From Squalus acanthias (lineage: Eukaryota), in NCBI GenBank assembly GCA_030390025.1, contig CM059432.1, positions 82,896,001 through 82,960,000 of the forward strand: DNA of 64,000 nt. Reading direction: 5' to 3'. This document shows, one piece after another, positions 1 to 12,690 of this stretch (its first letter is position 1; each line of letters opens with the position of its first letter). Made by a program: the position numbers and the translations under genes. The notes beneath the pieces were generated by a model. The model was given only the letters and a program-made list of their open reading frames with translations, made no database searches and was not told the origin of the DNA.

Positions 1-868
1 TTCAATATCATGGCTGATCTTCTACCTCAACTCCACTTTCCTGCACTATCCCCATATCCTTTGAATACCCTTAATATTCAAAAATCTATCGATCTCTGTC
101 TTGAATATATTCAACAACTGAGCCTCCACAGCCCTCTGGGGTAGAGAATTCCAAAGATTCACCACCCTCAGTGAAGAAATTTCTCCTCATCTCAGTCCTA
201 AATGGCCTACCCCTTATTCTGAGACTGTAACCCCTGATTCTAGACTCCCCAGCCAGGGGAAACATCTTCCCTGCATCTACCCTGTCAAGCCCTATAAGAA
301 TTTTGTATGTTTCAATGAGATCACCTCTCATTCTTCTAAACTCCAGAGAATATAGGCCTAGTCTACTCAATCTCTTCTCATAGGACAATCCCCCATCCCA
401 GGAACCAGTCTGGTGAACCTTGCTTGCACTCCCTCTATGGCAAGTATATCCTTCCTTAGGTAAGGGGACCAAAACTGTGCACAATACTCCAGGTGTGGTC
501 TCACCAGGGCCCTATATAATTGCAGTAAGACGTCTTTACTCTTAGACTCAAATCCTCTTGTAATAAAGGCCAACATACCATTTGCTTTCCTAATTGCTTG
601 CTGTACCTGCATGTTAACTTTCAGTGATTCATGTACAAGGACACCCAAGGTCCCTCTGAACACCAACATTTCCCAATCTCTCACCATTTAAAAAATACTC
701 TGCTTTTCTATTTTTCCTACCAAAGTGGATAACTTCACATTTCTCCACATTATATTCCATTTGCCATGCTCTTGCCCCACTCACTTAGCCTGTCTATATC
801 CCCTTGAAGCCTCCTTGCATCCTCCTCACATCTTACATTCCCACCCAGCTTTGTATCATCAGCAAACT
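1..868 (-). mobile_element. CR1-clade LINE, 3' part (RT C-terminus and 3'UTR), runs off the window edge
   Basis: ORFs 86..484 and 367..687 carry [26 protein letters not shown] and RRNFFT motifs, frameshifted. Confidence 0.93.
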
Positions 869-869
869 T

Positions 870-1510
870 CTTGAGCAGAAATACGACTACAGATTCAAAG
901 AAAACAACTTTCAAGTGAACAGGGATAGGTATCGTGCTCAGCTAAAAGAAACAAAAGTTGCTATCAGAGCGGTCAAAAGGTCAGTAGAGTTGGTTGCGGA
1001 CAATTATGGTAGGAAAAGTTAAATTTTTTAGATACAGTAGGAGTCAGTGGGCGATAAAGAACTGCTAAAGGATTCTTCAGGGCAGATTCAGGTGGACTTC
1101 CAGGACATGGTGGAGGTTTTAAGTGCATCAATCTTTACTCCTGTACACTGTGTTCAGTTCCCATTCATACAATATGTAGTTGACACAAAAGTTATTAATG
1201 TTAAAGTAAAGATTTAGATGAAGATCTGATGAAGAGAACAAGGGGTTTTAAATCAGATCGAGCTGTTGGTCCAGATGGCATCTACCCGAGATTACTTAAA
1301 GAAATGGAACTGTGCTAAGTGAGCCCCTTGCTCATATATTCAGACCAACTTGACAGAGAAGGGGATATCAGGGACAAAGAACATGGCTTTTGGACAAGAA
1401 CGCCATGTCTTAATAACCTTGTGGAATTCTTTGAGAAGGTTACTAGGTTGATGGATGAAGGTATCACGGTAGACATTATATTTGGACTTTTGATTAAGGT
1501 GTCTCAACAG
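870..1510 (+). mobile_element. Old, highly decayed CR1 ORF2 fragment
   Basis: Remnant motifs GPDGIYPRLLKE, HGF and CLNNLVEFFEKVTRLMDEG..VDI (ORF 1319..1603). Confidence 0.7.
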
Positions 1511-3978
1511 GTTGCTCTACAAGCCCTACGACAAGGTCTTCCTTCTCTTGACGGGGTACTGAAAGAAAATAAATCTTTGGGAGGAACTTGCAGCCATAAG
1601 TAAATTGACAGGAATGAGCAAGAGTATCCAACAATATTGGTTTACTCCTGTTGAACTCAATTTTGTTTCCTTCCCTCAGTATTTGAACTATGTACGTTAC
1701 CATCACACTGGCAATTTCTAATACTGATCTCAAACTTTTCAGATCTGCATCTGAATGCACCAAGAACATACAACAGATTGTTGTATTCTGTTGCTCAGCA
1801 ACAACCTGCCCTCTCAGCTCAAAATGGTTTCAAGTTTTATTTTTTCTCTGCATACCAGTGGTGTTTACACTTTTAATCTACTACTTTAGGGAAAAGGGAG
1901 TACAGGGACAATTTATAAACAGTCAGTAACATTTTACTATTGTTCTCTGCTTTTTCAGAAGCCAGTTTCTGAACACCCTCATATGCTTAAAAATGTGAAG
2001 AACCTTAGGACTAAAGTCTCAAAAAGTAGCAAGCTCCCTCAAGTGTTAGCAAATTTTAAGACTGAAAATTTCCAATTAATCAAATATACTTCAGAAGTTT
2101 CAAGCCAAAAGGGAAAAATTCAACCATATTTATAAACCACTTGCATATGATTTAGTCCATTTAATCACATTAAACTGCATAGAAAGTTTATTTCTCTTCT
2201 ACAGTTATTAATGTGGTTTAACATTTAAGGCATTAAATCAAGGTCTCCTCCTTTGGAGATTACTGATTTACTTAGTGTGTATTCAGAGCTTCATTGTTGG
2301 GGAGAGACCGTCCTGGGAAACAATGAACTGGGAAAGAGGGAGTGTCATTCCCAGGGTGCAATGGAGAAAGAGTGACAGCCAGGCCAGTATGGTAAATGCT
2401 TCCAGAGTTGACAAGTTTACTAATTTTTAAATTATTCCCAAGTTGGCCATCTTATCCATGAATATCGATATAGTTCATGTTACAGAGAAGAACAAATGTG
2501 TTCGTGTTTGAGATTGACAAACAGCATGACAAAGATTCTCCAGTGCTACAAATAAATTAGATTTTTTCTGTTGCAGTATAATCACTTCAAATCATTTGTA
2601 TTTTTATTGAGATGTGTAATGACCCCACTCTTACTATGCATTAGCTGTACTCTCCACGGCAAATTAAAATGTTTAATACTTACTAAAATCAACAAGATCC
2701 CCAAAAAAACCTTCTATTTACTTTTCCTTCACAGAAAAGGACCTACAGCAAGACTTGCTCCCAGATCCCCATATAACTCAGTTGGTAAAGCCAGCATGTG
2801 ACTAAGTCACACGGACCAGATGTGCCATGTTTGTGTCAAGTTAGTCGACCTCGGGCAGGGTGGTGTTGGGGCGCTACAACTTGTGTGTATATATGGGCAG
2901 GATTGAGCTGAACTATAATGTCAGACAGATTAGAGTTGGAAGAGTCACACCATAAAAATGGCAAACTCTTTCCCCTACGAGCTAGGTCAGCCAATCAACA
3001 TCAAAATGGATGACAACCCTAGCAGTTACGACAACATAACCCAGAAATCTTGAAGAAAGTCAATTTACATTAAAAAAGCACAATTTCCATGTTAAAGACA
3101 AATTAATCTGAAGTTCCTAAACAAATAATTGCAGGTTAGCTCCTGTACAAAACAAAATACCATTCAATAATAGCACAAAAGTATTATTGACCTATTTGTT
3201 GCTTTATTTCAATGATTTGACAATACCGGATAGCAGTGAATTGAGCCCGGAGCTATGGAATATCCTGCTGAACCACCACCCCACCCCCCTCCACCCCTCG
3301 AGAACTTGGCTGCGTATAGCAGCAGTTTTCTTTTAGCAATTACAACCAGATTGAAACAGTGCCAGATAGTAAACATGCCTTGACATTCCTGAAATTAAAT
3401 TTCAAAGCATATCATGAAGCTAATGGTTGCTTTCAGTCCCCTGTATGTAGGCCATCATCACCATCAGCAGTAGAGACTACTCATTATATGGGCTGTACTA
3501 GATCTTTGGCTTGTCATGTAGAAGTCTATTACCAGAAGTATCACGTACTATAAAATGTGATGTGCAAAAGCAAAGCTGGATCCAAATCTAATTTGTGACA
3601 ATAATATTACATTGCACAGTGTATATATTAATAGTTATTATGGTAACAAAAACCACAGAATGCAAACTTTGCAACAGTTGGCTTTAGAGAAAATATTATG
3701 AAATCTTTGTTTTTAAAAAAAATGAAATTTAGGCTTAAAAAACTGGCTGAATGGGGTGTTTTTTTAGGTCAGCCAGGAGACTTAACACTGCTGTTTGACC
3801 TTGTTTCCACTGCAGTTTGCAGAATTACTGCAGATAAAAGACCAAAATGAATGGAATAGAATTAGCATAGGGAGACTCAGAATGGGGTCTGGAAGAAATA
3901 GTAGACTTTGACATTTTGATTTCTGGACACTATAGTAAAGCAATAAAAAAAAATACTGAGGTACAAAAGTAGTGAAAT

Positions 3979-4215
3979 ACAACAACAGCTTGCATTTATA
4001 TAGTGCCTTTAACAGAAGAAAACATCCCAAAGCGCTTCACAGGTGTAATCAGACAAAAATTGACACCGAGCCAAAGAACGAGATATTAGGATGGGTAACC
4101 ATAAGGCTTGGTCAAAGAGGTAGGTTTTAAGGAGGATGTTAAAAGAAGAGTGAGGTAGTGAGTTTAGGAAGGGAGTTCCAGAGCTTAGGGCCTAAATGGC
4201 TGAAGGCACAGCCAC
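3979..4215 (-). mobile_element. L2-clade LINE 3' end fragment
   Basis: Reverse complement resembles the L2 3' end at 34280-34506 (AFSHLGPKLWNSLP; tail ...ctatataaatgcaag). Confidence 0.7.
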
Positions 4216-4452
4216 TAATAGTATTAGGGAGAGGGTCCTTAGCATCAGAGTGGTAGAAGAGGAGGAATCTGGGGCTAGAAGTTGGAGTAGGTCCGAAAAC
4301 GGGCGTAGGGATCGTGATGCACGATCTGCCCACCCCCGTTGAAAGTAGTGCAGGCAGCATGCGACATTCGTGGTGCCTGCTAATTAACATCATTGAGGCG
4401 TTCAGCCCAGCGCTGAGAGCACTGCTGAGTGCTCAGCATGGGGCCCAAGTTC

Positions 4453-7400
4453 ATAGGAACAGGAGTAGGCCATTCAGCCCCTCAAGCCTGTTCTGCCATT
4501 CAATGAGATCACAGCTGATCTGCGACCTAACTCCATATACCCGCCTTTGGCCCATATCCCTTAATACCTTTGGTTAACAAAAAGCTATCAATCTCAGATT
4601 TAAAATTAACAATTGATTTAGCATCAATTGCTGTTTACGGAAGAGAGTTCCAAACTTCTACCACCCTGTGTGTATAGAAGTGTTTCCTAATTTCACTCCT
4701 GAACGGTCTGGCTCTAATTTTTAGACTATGCCCCCTAGTCCTAGACTCCCCAACCAGCGGAAAGTGTTTCTCTCAGTCTACCTTATCTGTTCCCCTTAAT
4801 ATCTTGAAAACTTCGATCAGATCACTCCATAACCTTATAAATTCTAGGGAATACAACCCTAATTTGAAATCCATTTGCCAGAGTTTTGCCCATTCACTTA
4901 ATCTATCAACATCCCTTTGTAATTTTATGCTTTCATCTACACTGCCTACAATGCCACCTATCTTTGTGTCATCAGCAAATTTGCATACATGACTTTCTAT
5001 GCCATCATCTAAGTCGTTAATAAATACTGTGAATAGTTGAGGCCCCAACACAGATCCCTGCGGGACACCACTAGTCACATCCTGCCAATTTAAATACCTA
5101 ACCATTATCCCTACTCTCTGTCTCCTGCCACTCAGCCAATTTCCTAACCAGGTCAATAATTTGCCCTCAACTCCGTGGGCTTCTATCTCAGTTAATAGTC
5201 TCTTACGTGGGACTTTATCTAGTGCCTTCTGGAAGTCCATATAAATAACATCCATAGACATTCCCCTGTCCACTATTTTAGTCACCACTTCAAAAAATTT
5301 AATCAGGTCAGGCATGACCTACCTTTCACAAATCCATGCTGGCTCTCTCTGATCAACTGACAATTTGCGAGGTGTTCAGTTACCCTATCCTTAATTATAG
5401 ACTCTAGCAATTTCCCAACAACAGATGTTAGGCCTAACTGGTCTATAATTCCCTGGTTTCCCTCACTCACCATTCTGAAGTAGCAGAGTGACATACGCAA
5501 TTTTCCAATCTAAAGGAACAGTTCCTGAATTGATAGAACTTTGGAAGATTATAGTTAGGGCATCTGCAATGTGCTCACCTACTTCCTTTAAAACCCTGGG
5601 ATGGAAATCATCTGGTCCTCTGGATTTGTCACTCTTTAGTGGTATTATTTTCTTCATTACTGTTATTATACTTATGTTTATATTATTGAGTTCCTGTCCA
5701 CGATTCAATATTAGTTTCCTTGAGATTTCTGGCATGCTATCCTCTTCTACTGTAAATACTGACGCAAAGTAATTATTCAACATGTCCACCATTTCCTTAT
5801 CATTGACAATATCACCGCTTTCAGTTTTTAAGGGGCCAACATTGCTCCAGACTACCCTCTTTTTCCTAATGTAATTGTAAAAATTCTTTGTATTGATTTT
5901 GATATCACTCGCAAGTTTCTTTTCATGCTCCCTTTGTGTAGCTCTTACTATCTGTTTTGTGACCCTTTGCTGTTCTTTGTCCCCGTCTGCCAGGATCTGG
6001 GCTATTTTTGTATGCTTTTTCTTTTAGTTTTATGCTGTCCTTTACCTCTAGTCGTCTATGGCTGTTTTTTTTGGCAAGTAGAGCTCTTGCCCCTCAGGGG
6101 TATCAACTGGCTCTGTAGCACATTAAATTATTTTTTGAACATCTCCCACTATCTTCTGTCGTTTTACCCAGTAACAGATTTGCCCAGTTTACTGTGGACA
6201 GTCTCTGCCTCATCCCATTGAAGTCAGCCTTACCTAAATCTAGAATCTTAGGGGGCGATTTTCCCAGTGGACGTGAGATGGAGGCGGGTTTGAACCTCGC
6301 CTCCACTGATGGGAAAATTGCAAATTTTTGAAACCTATGATTGGCCACTTGATGCCCTTGCTCAATTAGTGTTTTGGGACTGAAATTCGCCTCTGTTGAC
6401 AGCACTTTTCCAGTCTGATTTTATGGCTTCTTGCTCCCTTGGCTCATTCCACAGCATTTCTGCGTCTCCTGCACCACCTCCAACATCTTTTGAGAAAGCA
6501 CTATGTCCAATTCCAAGGCAAGGGCCTACCCGAGGCTCTCAGATGAGGCGCTGCAATGTTGTTTGAGGGGGTGACAGCTAGCATGGAGGTGCTCTTCCAC
6601 TCATCTCGGAGGAAGAGGCCTGCCAAAGAAACCAAGGCTATGTGGGGACAGCTGGCGAGGGATATAACCTCCAGATCTGTGTGCAAATTGGGAGACTGTT
6701 TCTGTGTATTGATGAAATGCCATCCCTGTTGGAAAGCATTAAAATAATTTGAAGCCAAAATGTTGGCGTTATGCCATCTGTTCTTTCGCCTTAGGCAGCT
6801 CCACATTGCAGGCACCGCCACACTTGCATTGTCAGGTTGGTGGCCTGAGTGAAAGGAGGCCAGAGAGTCAAGTCCATTGTCAATGATGTCCTAGGATGGA
6901 GCCAAGGACATGTGCCAACTTGGGCAACCTATGCAAATCTGGCCATGATAAGTTCATCCCTTGCATCCCGGGCAGCCATGTGCTCGCGTGCTGCCACTGC
7001 CGCTGGTCAATACACCGGCGCTCTGACCTCCTCCTCCTCCTCCTCGGACCATGCAGAAAGAAAACGAATGGTTCCCATGCTGCTTGTAGATGCCTCCTTT
7101 GGGGAAGCGCTCATTGCAAGCGGGGAGAGGGTCTTCCAAGGAGGTCCCACAGTTGGTGTCAAGCTGCACCACCTCCGACTTCGGAAGGCCTTCTAAAAGT
7201 GCTGAGAGACCTTTTAAAGCCAAGGTCTGGCACCTGCAATGTAATCCTTGCTGCAATAAACGATGTCTTGTTAGACCTGCAGCAGTGAGGAGGCCACCCA
7301 CGAGTCAACCCGCCAGGTTTACCTGGCCTGGTTTAGGAGGTGCGTGGATCACACCAAAATGCTGGAAAAATCACGAGGGCCTCTCAAAATAGGCTTAGAG

Positions 7401-8557
7401 AGGCCCTTAACGAGCATTTAAGGATCTTTAATAGCACAATGGCCAGCTGGTGGCAGGAGCGTTTCCCGACCTCCAAAACCGGCACCGGCAAAATCCCGCA
7501 GAGGCGGGTTTCGAACCCGACCTCTTCGATTCTGATTTTCCCGCCTCCAAACCCACCTCCTCCGTCAGAAAATCGCCCCTTTAGTAGCTGTTTCGGGTTT
7601 CTCCCTTTCAAACGCTATGTTGAACTCGATCATGTTATGATCGCTATTGGATAAATGTTCACGCACAGTTAGGTTGTTAACTAAATCTGGCTCAGTACTC
7701 ATTACTAAATCTAATATGGCTTTCTCCCTTGTTGCCTCTAGGACATACTGTTGTAGAAAACTATCCCAGACACACTCAAGAAATTCACTACCTTTCTGAC
7801 GGGTGCTAGTCTGCTTATCCCAATCTATATGAAAGTTAAAATCCCCCATTAAAACCACTCTGCCTTTACTGCACACTTGTCTCATCTCTGCATTTATACA
7901 ATCTACCACTTCACAGCTGCTACCAGGGAGCCTATACACAACTCCCACTACAGTCTTAAATCCTTTCCTATTTCTTAATTCTACCCATAAAGTCTCCACT
8001 GGTTGCTTACCTCTCTTTATATCCTCTCTTATCATTGAAGTGATTTTATCCTTAATCACTAAGGCTACTCCTCCCCCTCTTTTCCCCATCTTTCCTGTAG
8101 ACCTTATAACCTGGTATATTTAGTTCCCAGTCCTGACCGTTTTGCAGCCATGTCTCAGTAATGGCTACCATGTCATACCCTCCAATTTTAATTCACGCCT
8201 GCAGTTCATTCAATTTATTCCTTATACTTTGGGCGTTTGTATAAAGAACCCGGATTTTGGGCCACACACCTTAGCCTGTCACCTTCAGCTCTAATGTTTT
8301 ACTCACATGTTTCTTATTTCTCTCTCTCTCCTGGTTTAATCACTTTACATCTTTAGTTTTCCCTTTGACCTGTAGTGCCTAAAGCACAATTTCTGACTGT
8401 TACTCTACTCTCTTCCCTTTCGTTTGTTTTTGAACTACTATTTGTACTACAGTTTCCACCTGAGCCCTCCCCCCATTTACTAGTTTAAAGTCCTTGTGAC
8501 TGCCCTATTTATCCTTTCCGCTAGGACACTGGTCTCAGACTGGTTCAGGTGGAGCCT
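4453..8557 (-). mobile_element. CR1 LINE (ORF1 esterase C-terminus, APE, RT, 3'UTR), internally deleted and interrupted
   Basis: ORF1 tail HLNQSETSVLAERINRAV (8480); APE GVVYR/MGDFN/SDHN (7565..8089); [20 protein letters not shown] (4773..5792); flanked by gttc direct repeat (4449-4452 / 8558-8561). Confidence 0.93.
6251..7580. mobile_element. Non-autonomous Harbinger element inserted into CR1 ORF2
   Basis: TIRs gggggcgattttc / gaaaatcgcccct; TTA target duplication at 6248-6250 and 7581-7583; removing it restores CR1 ...ETATK-ILDLGKADF. Internal Myb remnant (PRLSDEAL..LFEGV..EVLF..WGQLA, ~6520-6680) and a transposase-like C-terminal remnant on minus (EEEEEE...AARDARDELIMARF). Confidence 0.88.
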
Positions 8558-8790
8558 GTTCGTGGGAGGTGAGCTCCATTCAAAGCTAACCTCCAGTTTT
8601 AAATGCAGTCTGCTCATCTTAAAGGAGGTGTTTTCTGAATTCAGCACCTCATTGTAGTTGTTGTCAAGGTAACAGTTATGGCTCAATATGGCAGGGAAAG
8701 GGCACCTAGGTTTTCAGACGCAGCACTGGAGGCCTTAGTGCAGGGGGTTGAACAGAGGAGACAAGTCCTCTACCCGCAGGGGGCCAGGAG

Positions 8791-8930
8791 CAATGTTCTC
8801 TGTAATTTTTTTCAGGGCCGCCTGGCCTTCTAAATACCACGCATGCGCGTTTTTCTATTTAAAAGCTGGCAAGCCAGCTGCACGGGACCTTCAGGGATCT
8901 GCGTGGTCACGCAGCTTAAAGGGAACAATG
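8791..8930. mobile_element. 140 bp hAT-type MITE
   Basis: Imperfect 15 bp TIRs caatgttctctgtaa / ttaaagggaacaatg and a perfect 8 bp TSD gccaggag (8783-8790, 8931-8938); an 8 bp TSD is characteristic of hAT. Confidence 0.85.
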
Positions 8931-9249
8931 GCCAGGAGGCCCTCCAGACTCACTGTAAGGCCGTGGGAGCAGATAGCTGAAGCGTTCACTGCCAGCAGTC
9001 TTTCCCCGAGGAACTGGATCCAGTGCCGAAAGACATTTAATGACCTCACACGAGAGCTCAAGATCGATGAATGCATCTTCAAATGCCATAACCCACCAAC
9101 TGCACCACTAGGCTCACACAATGCACTAACACTCACCTATCAGCAATCTCTATTAATCACGACTTATAACTCACAATCATAGCTTCACCTCACCCTCACA
9201 TCCCATGCATTGCACACGCTGCCAGCTATTCAACCATGACAGGATCACC

Positions 9250-9728
9250 ACCCAAACACATTGCACCACACTCACTGACACACTTCACCCAAACACATTG
9301 CACCACACTCACTGACACACTTCACCCAAACACATTGCACCACACTCACTGACACACTTCACCCAAACACATTGCATCACACTCACTGACACATTTCACC
9401 CAAACACATTGCACCACTCACTGACACACTTCACCCAAACACATTGCACCACACTCACTGACACACTTCACCCAAACACATTGCACCACACTCACTGACA
9501 CACTTCACCCAAACACATTGCATCACACTCACTGACACATTTCACCCAAACACATTGCACCACACTCACTGACACATTTCACCCAAACACATTGCACCAC
9601 ACTCACTGACACACTTCACCCAAACACATTGCACCACACTCACTGACACACTTCACCCAAACACATTGCACCACACTCACTGACACACTTCACCCAAACA
9701 CATTGCATCACACTCACTGACACATTTC
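9250..9728. repeat. Minisatellite, 37 bp unit (acccaaacacattgcaccacactcactgacacacttc), about 13 copies
   Basis: Directly visible near-perfect tandem array. Confidence 0.97.
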
Positions 9729-9979
9729 TCTTTCTCTTGCAGGCCAAGGTGGCGCGTAACAGGAGACAGGAGCAGCTAACCAGCGGGGGAAAGGCACGGC
9801 CGCATCTCCTGACCCAGCTGGAAGAGACTGTGCTAGACATTATTGGACAGGCCGTCACTAAGGTAGTGGCGATTGGCGAGGCTGAAACCATTGATGACTG
9901 TATGCTCATACCTAATGCTCCTTCTCACATCCCACTTCCCCCTCATCCCATAATCTCTTCTCACTTACAAGCTGCTGAT

Positions 9980-10440
9980 AGAAAGACTTGCATTTATATA
10001 GCACCTTTCACAACCACCGGACATCCCAAAGCACTTTACAGCCAATGAAGTACTTTTTGAAGTGTTGTCACTGTTGTAATGTAGGAAACACGGCAGCCAA
10101 TTTGTGCACAGCAAGCTCCCACAAACAGCAATGTGATAATGACCAGATAATCTGTTTCTAATGCTTGTTGAGGGCTAACTATTGGCCGGGACACCGGGGA
10201 TAACTCCCCTGCTCCTCTTCGAAATAGTGCCATGGGATCTTTTACGTCCACCCGAGAGAACAGATGCGGCCTCAGTTTAACGTCTCATCCGAAAGACGGG
10301 ACCTCAGACAGGGCAGCACTCCCTCAGCACTGGACTGGAGTGTCAGCCTAGATTTTTGTGCTCAAGTCCCTGGAGTGGGACTTGAACCCACAACCTTCTG
10401 ACTCAGAGGTGAGAGTGCTACCAACTGAGCCACAGCTGAC
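9980..10440 (-). mobile_element. tRNA-headed Deu-domain SINE (SacSINE1-like), near full length
   Basis: Minus strand: A box tggctcagttgg, B box ggttcaagtccc, Deu-like core gatcccatggcactatttcgaagaggagcagggg, L2-like tail gctatataaatgcaagtcttt. Family name is from recall, not alignment. Confidence 0.82.
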
Positions 10441-11620
10441 ACTGATGGTGTAAGCACGCACATCTTGCTTTCCCCCACTCCCCTCACCACAACCCTACCA
10501 TTGTGCCTTTCTCCTTTCAGATACCCAAGAACTTTGAGCTTCCCAACCAGTGCAGGAAGAACAAGAGGAGAGTGATAGAGAGAAAAAGACAGTCACTCGA
10601 TCTGACACTCGCAGGCACCAGTTCAGAAAGTGGCACTGTGCATACTTTAGAAGGTAGTAGAGAGGTGGGATCTGCATGTGGTGCGTCACCAGACATGAGT
10701 GGCCTGCAGCCAGGCCAGGGGAAAAGGGTAGCGCAGGTGCCAGCTCATTGGAGGGCGAGGACGCACACGAGTTCTGCTGCACAGGACTCAGATGAGGACT
10801 TCGATGGGGCGGCCTTCAGAAGAGGGTAATTGGCATGCACACAGAAAGGCTTGGTGAATTGGCAGGCCTGCCGGAGAGCCTGTTGTCACAGTCATGGAGG
10901 AGTCCGGCTCCAAACTTACACAGGGCTCTGCACAGAGCTTGGAGCCCATGATTTCCAGGGTGGAAGTGATGGACAACTCCATTAGAGCACTTGTGGATCA
11001 AACAATGGTGCAGTGTCTGATGGACGATGTTGCAGCTTCCATTACAGCACAAGCGGAAGCGACCCAACGTCCGAGTGCTGCAGTGGAAGCTCAGACTTCT
11101 GTCATGCAAGCTCAGCTTGCAGCCACGCAAGCTCAGACTGTTGCCATCGTGGATGACAGCATTCATACTTCCACAAGTGCCACTCCGCCAGTGCGCTTGC
11201 TGTTGCCTCTCAGCTAGCCAGCCAGCCCAGACTGCTGCCGCCCATGCCAAGGTGGTGCAGTCTACAACCGGGACTTCTAGGCCCAGAGCTGCTCGAAGAC
11301 GTGCTGCAAGGCCATCTGCAGTCTCCCCCACTGAAATCAGCAGCCTTCCACCAGCCATGCTGCAGCCACTGGAGTAGCACAGCATAGGAGCACTAGGACA
11401 GGCAAAGGCACACGGAAGACAGGCACTAAGGGAATGCACAAAGGTGAGTAGTTGACTTTGTTATGCAGTATTGGATTGAATCATTTATAGATTAGTTTTG
11501 GAATGTTTCTTTTGTGGTGGCTTTCATTTCAGCATTGTGGCCAAGAGGATGCTGTGATGTTCTGTGACAGAGGGGCGGTAAGGCGGGGAAGTGATGAACA
11601 GCAAGGATCTGGGGTTTCAT

Positions 11621-12690
11621 TCAGGGAAAGCGGAGTATGATGACGTGCTCACAGACAGCCTGTCCAGAACATGGATTTGCAGGCTGCCTCCTCCCTTCCT
11701 CCGCCTCCTCCTGAGGTGGTTGCGGAACCCGTGGTGGTAAGGGCTGTGCCTTCATTATGGCCAAGTTGTGGAGGATGCAGCAGACCACCACAAATTGGGA
11801 CACCCGCTCTGGCAAGTGCTGGAGGGCTTCTCCCGAGCAGTTAAGGCAGCGGAACCATTGCTTCAGCACTCCGATGGTCTGCTCGATGACGTTCCCTGTG
11901 GCAGCATGGTTGTCATTATATGAGTGGTGGGGTTGCGGAGGGGAGTCATCAGCTAGGTATGGAGTGGATAGCCCTTGTCGCCCAGCAGCCACCCTCGGGT
12001 TCGACGTGATGGCTGGAAGATTGCTGGCACAGCGGACTGGCGCTGGACGAAGGCATCCTGACTGCTGCCAGGATACCAGGCATTCACCATCATGATGTGC
12101 TGGGAGTGGTCGCACACCAACTGCACATATAAGTGAGTGGTACCCTTTGCGGTTATTGAACATCTCACCAAAGCCACGTTTGTGCAATCAATGGCGCCCC
12201 GCATCATGAGGAAGCCCAATATCCTGGCAAAGCCACGGGCGCGCTCCTTCTGCTTCTCTCGGTTCAGAGAGAAGACAATGAAAGTCCCCTCTCAGGGCTC
12301 CTGGATGCAGCGATGGACGGCGAACTGAGCGATGTTCGCTACGTCTCCTGCTCCAGCCTGGAAGGATCCGCTGGCGAAAAGATTAAGGGCCATGGTCACC
12401 TTGAGGGCCACTGGCAGCGCCGTCGTTGCCCTGCTCTCAGGCTGCAGGTCTGGTTGCAGGAGGTGGCAGAGTTCTGAGACCACCTCCTTGGTGAAGCGGA
12501 GCCTCCTAATACACTGCTCCTGACCTAGGTGCAGGTAGAAGTGCTCCCTGAAGACCCTAGGTGGGTACATCCTCCTGCTGTGAGCCCTCCTCCTCCTCCA
12601 CGAGCAGCTTGTCTTTGCTGCCTGTGCTCCATCTCCCTGTCATGCTACAGCACGAAGGGGAGTACAATTAGAGCCTCAATGACTGGAGCA
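11621..12690 (-). pseudogene. Harbinger/PIF DDE transposase (DDE_Tnp_4 / HARBI1-like), frameshifted
   Basis: Motifs across ORFs 12292..12570, 11953..12219 and 11621..12187: LRFTKE, ALNLFASGSFQ, GAIDCT, NRKGYHSL, YPGSSQDAF, LLGDKGY, VIEQTIGVLKQWFRCL, CCILHNL. Confidence 0.93.

Larger units (their letters stand above)
8678..11450 (+). pseudogene. Harbinger Myb/SANT-like DNA-binding protein gene, spliced (exon 1 8678-9062, exon 2 9743-9899, exon 3 from 10521), disrupted
   Basis: MAQYGRERAPRFSDAALEALVQGVEQRRQVLYPQGARR-[MITE]-PSRLTVRPWEQIAEAF...WIQCRKTFNDL; exon 2 AKVARNRRQEQLTSGG..LTQLEE; polypyrimidine-AG acceptors at 9741-9742 and 10519-10520; first donor reads AT instead of GT; stops and frameshifts in exon 3. 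Confidence 0.82.

Noticed and set aside
9250..9728. CRISPR-like array (37 bp repeats)
   Set aside because: Head-to-tail tandem units without spacers.
10340..10440. tRNA gene
   Set aside because: The A/B boxes belong to a SINE head that continues into a Deu core and a LINE-like tail.
11621..12690. Domesticated HARBI1 gene
   Set aside because: Multiple frameshifts, and it sits in a transposon context with a disrupted Myb partner.
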